The translations under genes and the position numbers were made by a program. The notes under the pieces were generated by a model that had not been told where the DNA came from, searched no databases, and saw only the letters and a list, made by a program, of their open reading frames with translations. Below, in pieces: positions 48,801 through 61,169 of a DNA stretch of 64,000 nucleotides. The DNA is from Psammoneis japonica (taxonomy: Eukaryota). The DNA lies in contig QPGO01000077.1 in the NCBI GenBank assembly GCA_008632985.1, positions 1 through 64,000 on the forward strand. Direction: 5' to 3'. Every line of letters starts with the position of its first letter. Positions within the stretch are counted from its first letter, which is position 1.

Positions 48801-51420
48801 TCTTGCTCCAACATAAGAATGTCCATGACAGAGTATCATTCTTGTGCGACTCCGACGGAGACTCTGCTAGCCATCTTGTCGTCAATATACTGATGTCAGT
48901 AACAAGTTTGGGCTTATCTAAGGGAAGCACCGAGACTTCGATTGAATTGTGTTCGCAATTTCTGCGTTTTCTGGGCGCGAAGGAATCGTCGCTTCAGTCG
49001 CAACTGGATGCGTGGTGCCGAGAAACTGTGCATGTACTCGCCACGCGTCTGCACCAACTCAGCAGCGAGAACAGCGAAGACGCCCATCGCGGGCTTGTAG
49101 TACTCTCGGTGCTCATTGCCTTTCTGTATCCGAGATCAGCATCGATTGATAACGACGATGACGAGCTTCGTTCAGAAGATGTGAAGGAAGGAGACACACT
49201 CTGGTACATTTCTGACAAGGAGCACAGCGAAAAGAGAGAGGAAGTTCGGATTGTAAAGGTGCATCACGACGACTATCCGCGATTGTACTTTACAATCCGC
49301 ATTCTTGTACAGAACGAAACTGAAGCGGGTGGAGCTACTGAACGACAGACGGTTGCCGAGAGATTGAGAAGGCATCCTTTCTCAGCTGCCAATGCAAAGG
49401 TCTCGGGCGAGGAAGAGAAACAGAGAGCCAATACCGGCAAACTTATTCTCGAGAAACTTGTTTATCCTTTCCTATCCCCAGTCCCGACGGATTTAAGTCT
49501 AGCGATGGAGCTGGCGGGAGAGTGCATGAACATTGTGGTGTCACAATGCGGGTTGCCCGAGAAAGGAGGATTGGGCACCACTCGGTATGAGGTTTTCAAG
49601 ATTATCTCTTCATTGGAGTCTCAAATTGTTGACGGGCTAGCTTCGTCTGAATTCGATGTCGATACCACGTCTTCCATGCTTCTCTCATTAGCATCAGCTA
49701 TGGGATTGGGGCGCTTCACTATTTCGTCGCGCAGGAACTTTGACATCATGCGATTCAATCCTGAAAAGTGTGTCATTGCACTGGTCGGCTCTGGTGATTT
49801 GCTGACAGACAAGAGTGACGACAGGCTTGATGCGGCTTTGCTATCTTGGATTTCACTGGCAATTACTTCATTAACGAACGAAGATACTATGAATCAAGCA
49901 GCAGCCTTGTCCTATAGAATAGCCTTGCGAATGTTGGAGAAGCAAGCCATGGACTCGGTTGACAGGGCTTGTTCGATTGATTTGCTGGTTGTGCTAAAGT
50001 CAATTCTTGCTATTCAATGTGTCGAGACCTCTTCAGAAGGTCTGACGGAAGAGCTAGAAGCACTTGTCTACTCCGAATTGATTCACAGATTTGTTGGACT
50101 TCAGCAGAATGAAGTCCGTTATGACCTAAGTTTGTTTCTGACCGGAGACGACGAAAAATACGGCCTTGAAAAGCCGGCTTGGCATACGCCATTCGTCTCG
50201 TTTCTTCAATTCAGTTTGACGAGAAAAACATCTAGATTGGCCACGGCTGCGAAGAATCATTTGGATGGACTGGTCGAAGCACTCTTTGTTTCTTCCAAGC
50301 GGTGGTTTGCGTTTCAAATGCTTGTTTGCGTCTCGGGTGCTCGGGAGCAAATCCATGGAGAAGAGGATTCGTCTTTGGGTGAAGGCACTGGAGAGAAGCT
50401 GGAATTATGGCAAAGCAAATTGCACCCGGAAGAAGCAGAAGAGCTAGAGGAGGATGTTTACACTGTCCACAGCTGGTTGCCCGATCGACTGATGGCCCAG
50501 CTTGAGAGTTGGATTGACGTTGAGCTGACTGACCACATGGAGGACGATATGTTGCTTGGCAAAATGCTTTCCTGGCTTTTGTTCCTGACTTTCTTGGATG
50601 ACGCCGCGGCTGTGGATGTGATCAATAGAGGATCGTTCAGTTCGTACATTGAAAAGAGCGGAGCTGTGATCGCGATTCTCTCGTTGGTACTCTCACACGC
50701 GAATATTGATGTAGGAAGAAATAACGCAACATCCGACGACTCGGCCATTTTTGATGAAAATCTCACAGAGGACTCCATTACCCTGTCGAACATTTCAACT
50801 TTGGTTCTCTTTCGAACCGTCGAAGTGCTCCCAACGCTCTTTAAGGATTGGTGGTCGGAGGAATGTCCAAAGTCAATAAGTTCTCGTGTAAGCCGTTTCG
50901 TAGAGAACAAGGTAGCACCAGAAATTTTGAGGCGAGAGCTGGTTCGTATTCGACGAGCAAGTGACCTGGGAGAAATGACGGTCTCCGGAAGTGTCGTGAG
51001 CCGCGAAGTCTCAGCATCCTATGTGCAGGATGAGTGCCGACTCAGTATTGTGATTCATATTCCACCAAACTTTCCACTCCGAAATGTTGAAATTGATGGG
51101 AGCAAGACTTTGGGTATTCCAGAAAAGCGGTGGAAACGCTGGGCTCTGCAGATTCGTTTGATGTTAACAAACAAGACGGCACAATCCTTGATGCTCTGTT
51201 GCTCTGGAAAGAAAATGTTGACAAGGAGTTTGAAGGGGTAGAACCCTGCCCTGTTTGCTATTCTGTCTTGTCGGTCAAGAATCATGAACTCCCTAATCTC
51301 GAGTGCAAAACGTGCAACAATCGATTTCACACAGCTTGTCTGTACAAATGGTTCCACAGCAGTGGTAAGACGCAGTGCGTGTTGTGCCAGCAGCCGTGGA
51401 GTGGTACAAGAATACAATAA
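45831..51420 (+). CDS. LTN1: E3 ubiquitin ligase listerin; intron 46649-46737; apparent 1-nt deletion at ~51165-51171 before the RING domain
   Basis: FVGFSAF; KKISQKRDSVTKARAL; LCYDASSAVR; RWD-like REVSASYVQDE...IPPNFPL; LLLWKENVDKEFEGVEPCPVCYSVL...CKTCNNRFHTACLYKWF...CVLC. Confidence 0.93.
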
Positions 51421-51848
51421 TCATAGCAGAAACTCAAATCAATCTGCCTTCGCTCAATCCTACAAATTGTGCGACCACTTCGCATGTGTTGCTGGTACGC
51501 CTGGGTGAGCTTGCCGGTAGTGGTAGCGTTTTCTTTTCGAGAGGAACTACTGTAGGAATTTGTTGGAGTCCCTCTTGCAAGGAAGGCCAGTCCTTAGTAC
51601 TTTTGCTCTCTTTGACCTACATATTTTTTGCTCCCTTTCATTCAGAAATGAGTCGAGTGAGTCGTCTCCCTATTCGAATCAAACGACTAAAATAACCTCG
51701 TGACGCTTGCTACGCGCGGTTCGCGCATGAGAGCGACGATGCGAGCCGCGAGGGCGAAATCCAAAATGGCGGTGTGTTGGTCGTCTATCGGTATCCCCAA
51801 TCGTGTTGTCACTGAAGTAGCATCACGAATCACACCACTCTCTAAAGA

Positions 51849-54800
51849 ATGTTGACTAATTACCTTGAACGATCTGGTTTGGCACCTTATCTAGACACTT
51901 TGCAGCTAGACGATGGAGTAGTCGATGACGGAGCCGAAGCCATTTCTGATGGAGCGGCAGCAGATTCGAGCGACGGAGAAGCCGATGCTGCCGGAGGAGG
52001 AATGCTGCGTCGGGTCAGTTCCTTTAGCTTACTTGGTGGCAGCAGTACCACTCGTTCTCCAGGCAAAAAGGTGCGTGTTGTACCACAAGAGCAGCAGCAG
52101 AGACCAGAATCAGACGAAATCAGCGAGAGCAAGGTCGAACCCACTTGGCGTCTCAAAGATCGAACACGAACGTTCGGAGTTGGTTTAGTAATGGCGCTGA
52201 ATATAGGATCGGAACCACCTCCAGGCGTGACGAGGCCTCATCCATGTGCAAGACTGCAGTGTTGGATTGACCCTCGAAACTACAGCAGAGCAAAAGCCAA
52301 GGAGAAGATTGCAGAACAGCTCGAGGCTCAGTATTCAAACTGGCAGCAGCAAAAACCTCGCGCTCTAAAGTACAAGAGAGCTCTGGATCCCGCAGTCGAA
52401 GACGTGAGAGCGCTATGCTTGGGACTTAGGCGACAAGCTCAGCAGGCCAAAACAGAGCGAATTCTGCTACATTACAATGGACACGGTGTTCCAAACCCAA
52501 CGGCGCAAGGCGAGATTTGGGTGTTTGATCGGAGCATTAATCACAGACACTATGTTCCGTTGCCTGTATCTGATATGAGACAGTGGCTCGGGAAACCGAG
52601 TATGATTGTGTTGGATTGTAGTAACGCAGGAGTGTTAATGCCTTATCTTACGACCCCGTTGGAAGGTTTGGGTGGTGGTCCCACCTCATCATTCGGTGCC
52701 TCTCTTCCACCGAGAGATATGGACACTACAATGGCTGAGACAGTAAAAGACACGATTGTTCTTTGCCCTACATCCCAGTCTGAGTGGTTACCGATGCTTC
52801 CCGAGTATCCAGCAGATATTTTTACGGCTTGTCTCACGACTCCTATTCAAATGGCGCTGCGGTGGTTTGTGCGGCGTAGTCCTCACAGCATGGGCGGTCT
52901 GTCACCGGAAGTTGTTGACGAGATTCCAGGCAAGCCAAATGATCGCAAGACGCCACTTGGTGAATTGAATTGGATATTCACCACTGTTACGGATTCTATT
53001 GCCTGGAACGTGTTGCCCAAGCCGCTGTTCTCGAGACTCTTTCGTCAGGATCTGCTGGTCGCCAGCATGTTTCGAAATTTTCTGCTTGCCGATCGCATCC
53101 TTCGTAGTCTCAATTGTACGCCACAGAGCTTTCCACCATTGCCTCCTGGGGTATGCGATCACCCTCTCTGGCAGGCATGGGATTTGGCTTGCGAGACGTG
53201 TCTTCATGGGCTAATCAGTGATGGCCTCTTGGGTAATCACATGCTGGGGCCCAGATCAACGCCAGAGCCATCTGATGGCGCTGCCAAACAAAGTCCCAAT
53301 ACCAGTCCGAAAACGGGACCGAAACCTTCTCCACCAGAACCGCAACAGGTTGCTGCTGCACCACCCAAAGCCAATGTTTCTTCGCCCTTCTTTTCGGAAC
53401 AGCTGACGGCGTTTGAAGTTTGGCTAGAATTTGCTGCTATTCGTAAAGATAGTTTGCTGTATTCCCGCTCCACAGATGCATACGATGCACCTGAGCAACT
53501 ACCGGTTGTCCTACAAACCTTGCTCTCTCAAACACATCGTGTGCGAGCATTGGCACTGCTACGGCGCTTTCTTGAACTGTACGTTCCTTTGATTTCTTGC
53601 TTGCCTTTTGCTTTGAGAATGAATTCGTCTTCTCAACCTTCTCCTTGTTTGATTTTGCAGTGGAGACTGGGCAACCAACATGGCCCTTTCCTTGGGAGTC
53701 TTGCCCTATGTATTGAAACTATTGCAGAGTCCAGAATACAAACAAGTGCTGGTTGGCATTTGGGCAAAGATTCTTGCTTTCGATCCATCGTGCCAGCGCG
53801 ATTTGGTGGAAGACGGTGCATTGCCTCACTTTATACTTCACCTTAGCTGGGGTCTTCGCGAGGCGAAATTGAATCCTACGAAGACAACGTCCTACAATGA
53901 TGCAGCCGAACAACGCACCATGGCAGCTTTCATCATTTCTTTGTCGTGCGCTGGTTATTCTCGAGCTCAGGAAGTGTGCATTGAAAAGAATCTCCAGGGT
54001 ACCTCTTGCGCATTACTTTCGTCTGCCGAGTTTTCTGAAAGTGGAGGAATGGAGCATATTTTCCCTGGCGGTGTTCCTATTTCATCTTCCAAGTCTGATT
54101 TCCCGCCTTTGTTTAGGCTATGGTTGTGCATAAGCTTGGGAAATATGGTAAAGGGCAACGATCAAGCCCAAACAGAAGCCTACGTGTCTGGAGTGCACCT
54201 TTGCCTCTTTGCTAGACTCAATGACGACTCCCCTGATGTCCGGGCAGCTGTCTGCTATGCATTAGGATGTCTTCTAGGATCGCCAGAAGGACACAAGTCA
54301 AAGAGCGACAGCAAAGATTCACCGCAGCGTCGACCTTCCACTCCGACCTCGCGCAATGACTTTTCTCCAGGCTATGCTCCTGTTGGCGGAAATCCAATGC
54401 AACGACACCCTGTTCCTGTTCGTTTCCATAACACAGCTGATCCGTCACTTGGCCCCACGGTAGTGGGAGCAATACACCCGAATATGACTGGCGCCCCCGT
54501 TTTGCAGTGGAATCAGCAACCGCTGAGGGAGGGCATGGTACCTCAGTTATCACAGGTTGCAGTGCCTCCACCACAGTTTGGCACTAGAATGGTGGCGCCA
54601 CATCCAGTTGCAACTGCTATGCCTCATGCTGGGTATCCATATGGTGGCCAGGGGCAACCCGTCATGCTATCCCCACAATTCAATCGCCAGCCAAGTGACA
54701 CCCGACAGCAGCCACCTTCCGTTTTCGAGGATCGCAATCGACTGGTATTGGATTTGACGGTCATGGAGAGCTTGGTGCAGTGCATGGATGATGTCAGTCC

Positions 54801-56978
54801 GCTTGTTCGATACGAGGTTCTCATGTCAATTGCACGTGCAGTAGAGAGGTACCTTGAAGCATTCTGTGCGATTGCTGAAGGAACGGTATTGCATGCATCA
54901 GGCAACGATGACGAAGAACGACCTGTAAACAGCGAGGGCAAGACAGAATCCGACGACTCCTCCAACGTCATTAAGTTCCCATCTGGTGTTGATAGCGATC
55001 TTCAAGTCAAGTTTATTTCAGTATGGCAAGCAATTAGGTCTTTCCAACATGAGGATTTGCATCCCGTCATCAAAGCATCAGCAAGCACTATTGTCAGTGT
55101 CGTTCACGAATCTATCTTGAGACGTAAAATGGAACTTTCAAAGGTCACAGAAGACGATGATCGAGATACGCCAAGCGACAGCGATTCTCCAAGACAAGGC
55201 AAGAGTGCTCCGATGGTGCGAAACCAATCCGATGCGAGGCTTGTGCTGTCATCAGAAGGTATTGTACCAGCTGCGTCGTCTGGCCATACAGAACATCTCC
55301 ATGGCGTGTCCGGTGAAAGTGGGAGAGATATTACTACACACACCGGGTCTCCTTCGTCGATTCGTAGAATCGCCTCTGAAGTGATGCCCAGATTGCCGCC
55401 CGGTTTCGATGTCTCGTCGTCGGTTAGTTCACATCATCATGCTCATTCAACACCAGGAAAGAGCTCACAGTTCAAAATAGAGTATGTACTGCCAAGATCC
55501 AGCTTTTACGAATGGAAACGGGATGCGTTTGTGCGCTCGGGGTTCACTACATCAATGACCGATGACACGGAGAAAGAAGTTGACGCACTGTGTATGGAGG
55601 GGGCGCTACATGCTTACCGGGAACGCCGGAACGCACAAATGCATAGTTTGAGTGACAAACTAGCCGAACGATATGCAGGACTGGTACCAAAACCCAAGCC
55701 CCCACGGGCCTTCGATGATGAGCTAATGTTTGAAGACGACGCAGCCGATGCCGCCGAAGCCGAAGCCGCGTCAAGGAAACGAGAATTGAAGTTGAAACAA
55801 AGTGCTCTATTTTCGACTGGTAGCGAGAACACGTCCATTTTAAAGTTTCACCCTTACGAGGAAGTTCTTGTCGTTGGCGACGGCGCAGATGAGATTTCAG
55901 TCTGGGACATCAAAAACTCTACTAGAGCAAAGCATTTTCAGAACGGAAACCCGAAAAATTGTCGGATGACGTCTGCGTCCTGGATAAACGAAAGGTCCTC
56001 GAGCCTTTTCCTTGTCGGATGCGATGACGGTTCCGTCAGAGTGTGGGACGGACTAGTAGAAGCCGACGGAGAGATTAGTTCGAAACGGCCATCTTTATCA
56101 TCGGCTTTCTTCGCGGCCCCCGATATAGTTGGAGGTGGTTCGAAGGGCAGTGGGTTGATAACAGAATGGCAACAGTATAGCGGCAGGTTGCTTGCCGCCG
56201 GAAATAGCAAGTTGATTCGATGTTGGGACATGAATACCGAAAAATGCACTGCAACATTTGATACGAATGTTGACGCATACATCTCAACACTTACGACCGC
56301 CTGGGAAGACACTCCTTACGGCGGTCAGCTGTCAACAGAGGGTTCGGCTGGGATGGGACCTGATATTGTGGTCGCCGGCTGTAGCAACGGGTGCTTAAAA
56401 ATGTTTGACCTCCGAATCCGACCAGAGGCAGCGGAGCTCAATAGCAGTTCGCAACGAAGCAGTAGGAGGCAAAGGTTGATGAATTACTCAGAACATAAGA
56501 CTTGGATAGTAAGCACTGCTTTCGTTAGAGTTGGAGGGAGGCACGCGGTACGACCTATTGTCCTCAAGATTTGTCAAAAATGAAGTGAACCTGCTTTCTC
56601 ACGCACTTTTTTTGTTTCCGCATGTTTCGTTTTCAGGTTATTTCGGGGAGTTCCGCCGGAGACGTCAAGATATGGGACCTCCGCATGTCGACTTCTGTAA
56701 AAACAATGGAAGTGCAGAGGGATCCTTTGACTGCGCTGTCTGCCCATCCCAGGATACCCCTTGTTGCAACAGGCTCAAACGCGCAATTCATTAAAGTTGT
56801 GTCGTTGGATGGAGACACGCTGCAAAGGTTTCGATTCCACGAGAAGCAGTCAGGACAAAGAATTGGTCCAGTCAGCTGTCTTGAATTTCACCCGCATACA
56901 CCGATACTGGCCTCTGGAACGACCGATAAGACAGTCAGCATCTATTCACCAACGACGAATATGGCGGAATTGGTTTGA
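51849..56978 (+). CDS. RAPTOR: Regulatory-associated protein of TOR; 3 exons (51849-53578, 53661-56547, 56637-56978)
   Basis: RNC domain (WRLKDR...ALNIG; ERILLHYNGHGVP; PADIFTACLTTPI; RKTPLGELNWIFT), HEAT repeats and a C-terminal WD40 region; both GT-AG introns preserve frame. Confidence 0.96.
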
Positions 56979-57104
56979 GTGGCGGGCAGTCGTTGTTTTA
57001 GTGCCCCATTCACACGAGTTGAGCTCATCGACAATAACTGTTTTCGTACAACCTGTCATGTTCTAATTATTAACAGAGTTTCAAGCTATTGAATACAAGT
57101 TTAT

Positions 57105-57803
57105 CTAAAGATCACGGTCCAAGTGACTCTTGATGGCGTTTTTGAGCTGGCTTAAAGTTGCTCCATGATGCGCTTCAATGCTGTTTCCATCCGGGGTGAC
57201 GAGAAAGAACGTGCTATAATCAGTTTCAATTTCTTTCATGCTGAATGTCTCCTTCAAAAACTTGTACACTGGGTGAGTACTCGGCCCGTTGATTTCCACT
57301 TGCTCCATAACATGGATGGGTCTCCCTTCTTTTATAATTGCATCTTTATGACTGCTGCAATCTTGAACGTGAATGTAACTGATACCTGGGTGTTCAAATG
57401 GGAAAATGACGATTTCTAGCGTGTAAGGCCAAACCAAGCTTAGCTGTTCGTACATTTGGAAAGCTTTCTCGGAAATTCCGTCCACACATGACTTTGCCAC
57501 ATTGGAAATGATTGTTACGTATCCTTCGAAACGATCGAAACTGATGGTAGATCCAGTCGCATTCGATGCCTTCAGTTCAAAGAACGCCGCATCGTCAATT
57601 GGCTGAACCTCAACTTTGCTCACCCTCTCAAGCCATCCGGCGCATTCTTTCTTACAAAACTGCATCATAAAATTGGGTTCCGATCGGCACATTCCCTTCT
57701 CGACGAGTGAGTCACAATCATTCGAAGTACTTCCGTCCTTCGAATCAGCTCCGGTCGACGAAAAAATGATCAACGCAAAAAGGATCAAAAGTGCGAGCTT
57801 CAT
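57105..57803 (-). CDS. Secreted ShKT-domain plus divergent glutathione-peroxidase-like (thioredoxin-fold) protein
   Basis: Signal peptide MKLALLILFALIIFSSTGA; C...C...NFMMQFCKKEC; FEGYVTIISNVAKSC; VEINGPSTHPVYKFLK; FFLV. Confidence 0.8.
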   Translation of the reverse strand: MKLALLILFALIIFSSTGADSKDGSTSNDCDSLVEKGMCRSEPNFMMQFCKKECAGWLERVSKVEVQPIDDAAFFELKASNATGSTISFDRFEGYVTIISNVAKSCVDGISEKAFQMYEQLSLVWPYTLEIVIFPFEHPGISYIHVQDCSSHKDAIIKEGRPIHVMEQVEINGPSTHPVYKFLKETFSMKEIETDYSTFFLVTPDGNSIEAHHGATLSQLKNAIKSHLDRDL

Positions 57804-58199
57804 TTTGTGAGCGTCAAATCGGAAGTAATCCTGACAAATCTCCTTATCATCTGAGGAGCAAATGAGATAATGATAGCAGAGCGATGTCTGTAAAGAGTCG
57901 CCACCCAATCCGATTGCCAACAAGTCTATCTGAGGTCATCGGTCATGGTTCAAATTGTGACCGACTGTTACCGGTAAATACCGGTACGACGCGTACGACC
58001 AGCGTTGTCGGTTGCTTGCTTGTCCGCTTGTCGGTGCAACACCGACCGTAACGCTTTTTGAAGCAGTTGTTTTTGGTCCTGTCGCGACTTCTCCTCTGCT
58101 TTTCAGCTTGCGTCTTTGCATTTTGGTTATCCCGCAAAGAACGAAACACAACACAAGCACACACAACAGCCGAGCGTGCACTGTGTGTGGTGTTTCTAT

Positions 58200-58930
58200 C
58201 AAAAACACAGTGGGGTGGGGGCGGCCATCTGCTCTCTTCGCAACAAAACAGGCTTTTGCGCCAGAAATGACTCATGAAGAGAGCAGATGGCACCACCCCA
58301 TCTCTGCTGCACTCTCCTGGATCCTCTGAAGTTGCCATGGTTGTGGTGTTGTAAGTGTGGCAACATGATGAATTTTCAGATGATGAAAATCACGTGCCAA
58401 TTGGGTCAGATTCCAGCCAAAAAGAGTGGCAAAAGGGCAAGTGGCTTTGCGCCAGCTGCAAAATTCCCGGATCCGGTCCAGAAAAAAAAAAAAACAAGGC
58501 CCATTTTTTATTTGAAGTGTGCAACACATTCTCTTTTGACTGTGTTCTGTGCCCATGGTCAGTGCAGCAGTGCCCCCCCCCCCACCCCCCCCAAAGGGCC
58601 ACTGCTCTTTCTTTTTTGCGCACACCTGAGGGCCCTGCGCTCCATTGTCTCCCATGGCGATGCACTTGCCAGAGCAAGAGAGGCATCTCTCACAAACTTT
58701 AAAGCATCCAAATCAGCTTTCCACAAGGTTTGGCAGCCCATTTTCTTTGAAAATTGATTGGCAATGAGTGGGAAACAAGCATGGAGAAGAGGTTGATTGA
58801 AGGCTTTGGAGACTTTGTTGTTGGCAAAGCGCATGATCTCTGCTTTGCACAGGTCACAAATGCTGCAAGCTGCAGCATTATGGCAACGTGGGCCTCAGAG
58901 TGCCTCTTTTTTTGCAGTGGAGCAAGGAGA
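58200..58930. other. Short TpA-depleted block 6, probably a non-autonomous insertion
   Basis: TA and CG depleted within an otherwise normal intergenic region; starts with an inverted repeat. Confidence 0.7.
58211..58300. repeat. Inverted repeat / hairpin
   Basis: ccatctgctctcttc (58225-58239) pairs perfectly with gaagagagcagatgg (58276-58290); the stem extends with tggggtgg / ccacccca. Confidence 0.8.
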
Positions 58931-59575
58931 GGGTGTTACAGACCTTCCTCTGGTAGGAGGAGAGCCACCAGTCTAGCAGGACGGCATTCCTCACAACGCG
59001 CAACATGAATGACAGCACCGCCCGTGTGTTTTATCACATCACCGTCTGCGGGCGCGAAAGGATTCTTTACTACCAAGCACTTTTTAGTTCTCTAGTTCTT
59101 ACAATAGAAGTTAAAAACATAGTCAAAATCACAGTTGGGAAGTTGCTGACGCAACGAGCCCTCATTCTTGTTCTTTCGCGGGCTTTTTGGAAACCGTGCT
59201 GACGTTTGTCGCGGAACGAACTCTTGACAGAAATCAACATGCCAGTGACCATGGCCAAAAAGTCGTTCCATTCAAGAGTGTTGTTGTTGTCAGACCATGA
59301 CTCTTCGACTCGAACCCTCCTCTTCTGGTGGCATCTCGTTGGCCACAGCAGTAGCAGTCATCGTTGTACCGGTAGCCCGGATGGACGTCGAGTCTTTTGC
59401 TAGTGCCGCAACCCGATGGATTGTGGACTCGGTGCAGCAGGCTTTCCAACCCACAAGATGATCTTCGGTTATGCAACTAGCGGTGGTCGAATACGCGCCT
59501 TCGTTACTCCTCCTCCCTTGACGACAAAGACAGTGAAAGCTACGATGATGGAGCAAAAAGAAACAATTTGATTCC

Positions 59576-59836
59576 ATGGAGGCCGCCAGTGCCATTTCAG
59601 GCAAGTCCCCGCTCCTTATGTACCTCAACGAGATTGAACGGGACATCAAGAAGAAGAAGCAAACGGCGCCGCACTACATGGACCTACTCGAACGTGATGT
59701 CCAATTGCAACGAACCTTACCTCGAGAAAGTACGCAAGATATGGAGCGATTGCGATCTTGCAACTCCATCAGGCCCACGACCACTGTCAAACCCATCTGG
59801 CCCAAGTGCACCGCGACTATGCGACGCGTCTCTTGA
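59576..59836 (+). CDS. Small hypothetical protein
   Basis: 86-aa ATG-initiated ORF in normal-composition DNA; no recognised motif. Confidence 0.3.
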   Translation: MEAASAISGKSPLLMYLNEIERDIKKKKQTAPHYMDLLERDVQLQRTLPRESTQDMERLRSCNSIRPTTTVKPIWPKCTATMRRVS

Positions 59837-60211
59837 TCCATGTCGTTTCGCCGGGCGATTCGCGTCTTTGTGGCGCGGTTTCCATGGCGGGGGCACACCA
59901 AAACCACATCGCCGAAAATAATGATAGCGACGCTCCTCGACGCAGTTGTCTGCTGGTTTTTGACGTGGTGAAGTAGGGAAGGGTTGACAGAAGAGATGTT
60001 TTTCCATACACCGACTCTTCGGATTGCTCTGTCACGAGTCCTTTGTGTAATCTTTTTTTTTTGCCTTTTACTAAGAGAAGCTGCGTATTATTGGCGCAAC
60101 ACGTGGAATGCAGGTTGAAGTAGAGCCGTCCCGTTGATCGAAACTGCTGCAGACGCTTGTGTAGCAGAGAGGAAAGTTCAACAGGAAGCAAAAATGTCCT
60201 TGCTACCCCCG

Positions 60212-60897
60212 TCAACCCCTATTCTCGGACTTTTCGCTCACCCACAAGGCAACCGACCCACTCGAACCTCTTGCTATGCAAATTTCATTGTCCACGTAGT
60301 GCCACAAGTACGTATTCGGTCGTTTCTCAAACTCCTGCGAAGTCTTACCCTCCTTCTTCTTTTTCTTGCCTCCACGCAAAAATCTCTCAACGACTTGACG
60401 AATGGGACCAGCTTCATTGGAAAGATCCAAGGTTGGGAGATTGACTCCAAACAAGCAAGGCTGTACTGTCGCAAACTTCAGAGTCATTTTGCAAGGCCCC
60501 TTCATTTCGTAGCTCCCCTCAAAGAGGGCCGCAACGGGGCCCAATTGGAGCTGGTTGGAAACGCTCCATCTTGGCGAAAGCTTTGGACTCCCGTGACGGG
60601 TAGAAAACGTCCCGTCTCGTGCGCATTCATGGAAAATTGGGCCCTCCAGGGCGATCCCGCTGTCAGCCGTTCCCGGCAATCATTGTTCTCGTCCGGACGT
60701 TGTTTCGTCAGCGCGGTGACAGACGCCGAAAGGGCCTCCACGTCTCGCTCGGCAATCTGCTCAAGAATCGCCCTCGTACTTCCCGTCGTACCTTTTGCAG
60801 CAGTAAGCGACAGTGCCGCGAGGGGAAAGAGAGCGAGAACGAGCAGCAGCAATGGGAGGATGCTACTACGGCGGAGTGTTGTCATCGTCTGCTCCAT
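60212..60897 (-). CDS. PAP/fibrillin-like protein with signal peptide; apparent 1-nt deletion in a T run at ~60559-60561
   Basis: Hydrophobic leader; WRAQFS...RFLPVTGVQSFRQDGAF joins SNQLQLGPVAALFEGSY...YLWHYVDNEICIARGSSGSVALW if one T is added. Confidence 0.7.
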
Positions 60898-61169
60898 AAT
60901 ATCTAGCCCTACTCTACTAAAACTTGGAACTGCTCATCAGTCATCAGCGTTCTCATCATTCTGATTTGGCAAAAACCCACAAACGCACTGATTGACAGAC
61001 TCTTTCAGGACAGTTCTGCGCTGCCTGCGTGCGCTGCCGGCATTTTACTGCATGAGTTCACAAGAGTCTTCGGCCAGCAGCTGGCTGGAGACATCCCCAT
61101 AGTCACCGGTGTGATGTGTCGTGTGCACTGCACATAGAAAAGGTGACCAAACACCATCTGCAACATAAT

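Noticed and set aside
40527..56978. Functional cluster of APC11, LTN1 and RAPTOR (ubiquitin and growth control)
   Set aside because: These are ordinary conserved genes; adjacency in a compact genome is not evidence of co-regulation
60134..60964. 276-aa plus-strand ORF
   Set aside because: It is the antisense shadow of the fibrillin-like gene and has no recognisable motifs
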